38,660 bases of DNA from contig NC_068990.1 of assembly GCF_001194135.2 (NCBI RefSeq), positions 20,930,375 to 20,969,034 of the forward strand. The letters are read 5' to 3'. A program made the position numbers and the translations under genes. Shown in pieces: positions 33,130 through 38,660 of the stretch (position 1 is its first letter; each line of letters opens with the position of its first letter). The notes beneath the pieces were generated by a model. It was not told the origin of the DNA. It searched no databases and was given only the letters and a program-made list of their open reading frames with translations. Origin of the DNA: Octopus bimaculoides (Eukaryota).

Positions 33130-33950
33130 TTTCATCAAAAGTGCCTCAGACGTATCTTGAGAATGAAATGGGAATGTTTCATATCAGATACAGACGTTCA
33201 CGCAGGGCACGTCGCAGCTCAGTTGAACAACATGTTATCTTGGCTGAAATCAGATGGCCTGGACCTGTTGTCAGAATGAAAGATGAGCGATCGCCAAAGC
33301 GTCTAATCTATGGTGAGCTGAACTCTGACAAGTGACCACAACATAAGCAGAAGAAAAGGTATAAACACTGTGTGAAGGAAAACCTCAGGAAACTAGATAT
33401 GAACAGAAGTGATTGGGAAACTGATGTTCTAGTTCAGGACAAGTGGAGAGGTTCTGTTAGGACAGGTTGCAATACCTGGAAGGAGAAGATGGTTCAGTGT
33501 TCTGAGCTTAAAAGGTCCTTTTGGAAAGGAACTATTGGGACTGAAATCAACAGTGAATACTGGATTTTATGTGTGATCGTGTTCTGTTGTAAAAAGTAGG
33601 GTACGTGAATCATATGACATCACATGAAAATCGAAATACCCAGGTAGGTAATAACCTCGAATACCAACCGCTTCTTACGACTTGTTCGCAAAACTTGTAA
33701 AACAATACCGAGACTTAAAACACGTATGTTAGTTCCCAAAACATTCCTTCAGAATCGGATTCCAAAGGGTAATGATGTAGAAGAGACTTGAATAATATCT
33801 GTCACTAATGTTTTAAACCCTGTCAGTCAGAAGCTAGTCTTAAAAGTCATCTGAGGCTCCTCAACGGAGTGATTGTGCTGTGTGATGGAGTGTGGTTTAT
33901 ATGTTCGTGGGACAGCTGTCATCTGACAATATGAAGCAATCATCACTTAT
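33130..33950 (+). mobile_element. 5'-truncated RTE-clade (BovB-like) LINE, decayed
   Basis: FHQKCLRRILRMKW, then EIRWPGPVVRMKDERSPKRLIYGELNSDK*PQHKQKKRYKHCVKENLRKLDMNRSDWETDVLVQDKWRGSVRTG, then C2H2-like relics, a 3' UTR and a (TATG)n tail. Confidence 0.9.
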
Positions 33951-34007
33951 GTATGATAGTATGTATGTATTATGTATATATGTATGTATGTGTGTATGTA
34001 TGTATGT

Positions 34008-34175
34008 AAGGAAGGAAGGTAACCATCGGTTTCAACAGATCACATGTTTGCACGTGAAAAATTTGTGACAGTCGCTGAAGGGGGTGGGGCAGCATTCGGT
34101 CTTTTTGCAGAAAGCCCCACACGTGAATGCAGTCACACACACAGCAACTGCATTTGAAGAAGCCCTCAACCGGTG
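34008..34175 (-). mobile_element. 3' end of a second RTE-type LINE, tail-to-tail with the first
   Basis: Minus strand FKCSCCVCDC, then with a 1-nt shift SRVGLS, resembling the RTE terminal finger C..C.RDCHSRIGL.SH. Followed by a short UTR ending in (CCTT)n(CATA)n. Confidence 0.55.
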
Positions 34176-34417
34176 CTACTGTGTGTGTGTATATATATAT
34201 TATTTTCTTTAAGAGTTCCAACTCTGTCTGTCTTTTATGTTTTATTTATATGCGTGTAAAAATAATGTGGGATATAGAATATGGAATATATAATATATAA
34301 TATAAAAATGGATGGTACAATGAAATGAAGTATTGAATGTCTTATTGAATATATGGAATATGTCTTATTGAATATATGAAATATTGAGTGTTCAATGTAA
34401 AGGATTAAATATATAAA

Positions 34418-34461
34418 GACGAATACGTATTTTCAATACCTTGTGGTATTTCATCATGGCC
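34418..34461 (-). ncRNA. Hammerhead-like motif with perfect stem II and 10-nt palindromic stem III
   Basis: Minus strand: GGC-C(A)TGATGA-AATACC-ACAA-GGTATT-GAA-AATACGTATT-C-GTC. The core has one extra A after C3. Confidence 0.5.
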
Positions 34462-35165
34462 GGTATCTGACAGATATTGTAAAGTATAGATCTGGAAAAA
34501 TAACAATGTGGATATAGGTGGATAGGGAGTCTGTCGTTCTTGAGAACCCTTAATAGTTATGTACTGGGACAGAGATTTCTAATCGCATCTATGCGAAATT
34601 AGGGGAAGAAAATATAATTCTCTTCAGTAGCTGTGAGAAAACTCATAGGTAGATGTGTCCTAAAATTTTAAAGGGCTTAATCTCTATTGAAAGTGAGCAA
34701 CTTTCTATTGTGGTACAGTAAATTTATTTTGGGATAAGAGAATTTGGAAGGTTTATGCTGTATATATAGGGAAGAATTTGTTGCTCGTTTGATATAGTAG
34801 TGGCAAAATCAATATTTTCCGTTTGATATCATCTACGATCATTTTGTATGTTTTTGACCATCTATACTTAGAAAGTGACGTATCATTTGTTTAGGTCTGT
34901 GTTGGTGGTATTTTGTTTTGAATTTATTAGAAGCTAAAGGTTTTTGAATTATGCTGCTATGCAATTCTAACTTCGCTCAATGTATCTACACATATACAAG
35001 AAATAACTGCAATAAATTTGCAAAATTTTTGAACGCTTATTGAATAAAGAGTGTTTCTTATCGATGTCTCTTTACAAATCTGATCTTTTTAACTGAAATT
35101 AACTTTCACGGTGAGAAAAGCGAATGACAATATTTTCAGAGTAATTATCAAACATTCCTTTGAGA

Positions 35166-35550
35166 GGGAAAAAGTTTGCTCAAGACCACATGGTTCCAGG
35201 CACGGTTCCACTGTATGGCATCCTGGGAAAGTGTCTTCTACTATATCCCTGGGATGACCAAAGCCTTGAGAGTGAATTTGGTGCATGGAAACTGAAAGAA
35301 GCCCCTCGTGTATATATGTGAATATTTATGTGTGTCTTTGTGATATCCCCACCCTACCTACAAAATAAAAAAAGAAAACAATCGACAACAAATATTGGAT
35401 TGTTTATGTCCGAGTAATATAGCAGATCGACAAAAAGTAATTGATATAATAAATACCAGGCCTTCAAGAAATAAGTACTGTGGTTCTTTCAACTAATGTC
35501 TTCCGACGTTACCCCATCATGGCTGTAGTTCGATAACTTAAACAAGCAAA
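35166..35550 (+). mobile_element. SINE family B, diverged
   Basis: CCACATGGTTCC...GTGTCTTCTACTATA...GGAAACTGAAAGAAGCCC. Confidence 0.75.
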
Positions 35551-35634
35551 AAGGTGATATATATATTTATATGCACGCCCACCTGTGTTTGTGTGTAAAT
35601 AGACACACATACACACACGCACATACGCACACAC

Positions 35635-35671
<37 letters not shown>

Positions 35672-36460
35672 NNNNNNNNNNNNNNNNNNNNNNNNNNNNN
35701 NNNNNNNNNNNNNNNNNNNNNNNNNNNNNNNNNNNNNNNNNNNNNNNNNNNNNNNNNNNNNNNNNNNNNNNNNNNNNNNNNNNNNNNNNNNNNNNNNNNN
35801 NNNNNNNNNNNNNNNNNNNNNNNNNNNNNNNNNNNNNNNNNNNNNNNNNNNNNNNNNNNNNNNNNNNNNNNNNNNNNNNNNNNNNNNNNNNNNNNNNNNN
35901 NNNNNNNNNNNNNNNNNNNNNNNNNNNNNNNNNNNNNNNNNNNNNNNNNNNNNNNNNNNNNNNNNNNNNNNNNNNNNNNNNNNNNNNNNNNNNNNNNNNN
36001 NNNNNNNNNNNNNNNNNNNNNNNNNNNNNNNNNNNNNNNNNNNNNNNNNNNNNNNNNNNNNNNNNNNNNNNNNNNNNNNNNNNNNNNNNNNNNNNNNNNN
36101 NNNNNNNNNNNNNNNNNNNNNNNNNNNNNNNNNNNNNNNNNNNNNNNNNNNNNNNNNNNNNNNNNNNNNNNNNNNNNNNNNNNNNNNNNNNNNNNNNNNN
36201 NNNNNNNNNNNNNNNNNNNNNNNNNNNNNNNNNNNNNNNNNNNNNNNNNNNNNNNNNNNNNNNNNNNNNNNNNNNNNNNNNNNNNNNNNNNNNNNNNNNN
36301 NNNNNNNNNNNNNNNNNNNNNNNNNNNNNNNNNNNNNNNNNNNNNNNNNNNNNNNNNNNNNNNNNNNNNNNNNNNNNNNNNNNNNNNNNNNNNNNNNNNN
36401 NNNNNNNNNNNNNNNNNNNNNNNNNNNNNNNNNNNNNNNNNNNNNNNNNNNNNNNNNNNN

Positions 36461-36672
36461 ATACGTATGTATGTATATGTGTGTATATATTTGTATATAT
36501 TTATATATAGATATACATATAGAAAGACATATATATATATATATATATATGCATATATATATGTATGTATGTATGTATGTATATATACGTATGTATGTAT
36601 ATGTGTGTATATATTTGTATATATTTATATATAGATATACATATAGAAAGACATATATATATATATATATAT
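36461..36672. repeat. Compound TA/TG microsatellite block duplicated with 124-bp period
   Basis: ATACGTATGTATGTATATGTGTGTATATATTTGTATATATTTATATATAGATATACATATAGAAAGACA starts at 36461 and again at 36585. Confidence 0.9.
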
Positions 36673-36821
36673 AATACTTATGTTTGTATGTATGGATAAT
36701 ACATGGATATGCACATGCGTACGTACAATTATATATGTGTATTTATATCTGTGTATATAGATAACTATGCTTGCCTACATACATGCCTACACATAAATAC
36801 ATGTATTTATTTATCGATTAA

Positions 36822-36861
<40 letters not shown>

Positions 36862-37485
36862 TGTGTGTATGTGTTTGTGTGCGTGTGTGTGAATACTCAC
36901 ATACTCACACTCACGCACATACGCATATGTACTTATATAGAAACGTGTATACGTGTGTGTGTGTGTGTGTGTCTATGTATGTTTGTGTCTAGAATCTTTT
37001 ATTTGTCCCAATTTCCCCTCTTAAAATCTCTTTTCAAGAAATCTTCATTTCGTGTATGCTCGGTTTTATAAATTGCAATCGAAGCTCCTTCTCAGCTATA
37101 TTTCCTTTTACACACATAGTTAAAGTTCACACAGTTGCATCTCCAACCAAACACGCCAGTACCGCCAATGTATGTGTGTGCGATAGGTATGTATGTACGC
37201 ATGTGTGTATGTGTATATGTATGAACCCATATAATCACAATCACCTATTAACACTTGTGTATATACCAAATTTGCCTTTCTAGTTATTTTTCTCTCTATC
37301 AATGTATATCTCTTTCTATATATATAGGCACTCACACACATGATTATACATATGTACATAAGAGATGTCAGGATGTACCAAACACAATAATAACTAAGTT
37401 TTAAAGGACGCAATACGGCTTAATTGTATTGATGCTTTGTATTTGTTCTAATTCAAAGTCCTGAAAAAGGTGAAAAGCTACTTAC

Positions 37486-37494
37486 TGTCACGGA
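37486..37494 (-). other. Candidate 9-nt microexon TCCGTGACA
   Basis: A pyrimidine tract of more than 30 nt ends in CATAG immediately before the 9 nt, followed by GTAAGT. Confidence 0.35.
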
Positions 37495-37762
37495 CTATGA
37501 TGAAGAAGAAATTAAGATGTAAGAAATGAATTTATTTTACACTTGAAAGAGTTCAGGTCATAAGAAAAAGGAAAGCAATGAGACAGATGTAAGCTCTAAT
37601 GTCTTCCAATTCATGGAAAAAAGCTACGATGGTAAAAAGTCCTACTTGTTAGTGGAACACAATAGCATTTGGATGAAGGTGCGGTGAGTCTCGAATCAGT
37701 CGAGGTTGCATAAAGAGATCTGAAACTAGAAAAGAAAGCTCACGAGTGCATGTATTTTAATA

Positions 37763-37978
37763 TTCCTTTCTCCTCTAGGCACAAGTCCCGAAATTATTTT
37801 GGAGGGTGCCAGTCGATTAGATCGAACCCAGTACGCAACTGGTACGTAATTTATTGACCCCAAATGGATGAAAAGCAAAGTCGACCTCGGTGGAATTTGG
37901 ACTCAGAACGTAAAGACAGACGACATACCGCTATGCACTTCGCCAGGCGTGCTAACGTTTCTCCTAGCTCGCCGCCTT
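37763..37978 (-). mobile_element. SINE family A, tail type 2, near full length
   Basis: Homologous to 16971-17182. Confidence 0.9.
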
Positions 37979-38660
37979 CCCACGTAGTTTAATGTTGTAA
38001 CTGGACTGTTCAATCTCTCACTGCGTTCTGCCATTTAGTCATGAATTGGAAGATTTTCGACCAAATCCAACATTAGCAACATGGTGTTTTTGTAAGTTAT
38101 CATGGACGACGTGTGCTGGGTTTCATTTTCGGCTGTCACTAGCATTGAAGTATGGATGCGTACTCTCGTGTATCACGAAATTTGTGTATCTTTCGGATGT
38201 CCTTGTCGATGTTCTGTTTCACAAAGATGATCGTAAACTATATACGCCATAGCATTGAACAAGGCTAAGCGTCGAAGTGGTGACAGCATAATTAGCATAA
38301 TTCTTTACTTCATTGATCTCTGAAGGTTGAAAGACAAAGTCGTACAAGGCAAGATATGACCGGACACGATAAATAAGAAAAAAACCTCAGTCCTAGTAAA
38401 TGCCACACATATTGTGTCCGATGCACATGTAAGCAAAAGCACACAAATCACTCACATACATACATACATACATACATACATACATACATACATACATACA
38501 TACACGCACACAAACGTACATACATATTTACAATTATGTTTGCATGCTTACATACATACAACCATGCATACCTTGATACAAATGAGCACACACAGACGGA
38601 CGGACACACTCGCGTACACGCAGGTGTGTGAAAGGGAAAGTTCGAAGTCTCTGTCAAACT

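Larger units (their letters stand above)
4362..36460. other. 13 assembly gaps
   Basis: N runs: 4362-4461, 5298-5487, 11758-12280, 13073-13983, 14920-15583, 22055-22816, 23695-23912, 24969-25681, 26451-26832, 28249-29215, 29642-30109, 31268-31277, 35672-36460. Most are flanked by (TA)n or other microsatellites. Confidence 0.99.

Noticed and set aside
14024-34627. Other CTGAAGA hits (near 14024 plus; 32933 and 34621 minus)
   Set aside because: No stem II plus GAAA arrangement.
1-38660. Long ORFs in the supplied track (X-rich, HTHT, YIYI, CVCV, poly-I, poly-Y, ERER)
   Set aside because: They are translations of N gaps and microsatellites, with no domain signal.

Overview
AT-rich, repeat-dense animal scaffold with 13 N-gaps (about 6.7 kb, roughly 17%). 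The SINE families match those I recall from Octopus, so a cephalopod origin is inferred, not proven. I recognise no intact protein-coding gene; most of the ORF track is microsatellite or N-run artefact. Supported content: many copies of two tRNA-derived SINE families plus a third SINE-like tail; relics of RTE, R4/Dong-like and CRE-like non-LTR retrotransposons; three copies of a hAT-type MITE, one interrupted by a Tc1/mariner-superfamily MITE; a mariner-type MITE; microsatellites; and several splice-signal-defined exon candidates of unknown status. The best lead is at 8616-9048: a head-to-head palindromic dimer of a unit made of a tRNA(Arg)-like Pol III head, an (AAT)n spacer and a tail with a minimal type I hammerhead ribozyme whose palindromic stem III would need dimerisation, as in Penelope-like elements. 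It looks like a ribozyme-tailed SINE that may be mobilised by Penelope-like machinery. Two unrelated repeats (12947-12980, 34418-34461) carry hammerhead-like folds with the same palindromic stem III design.
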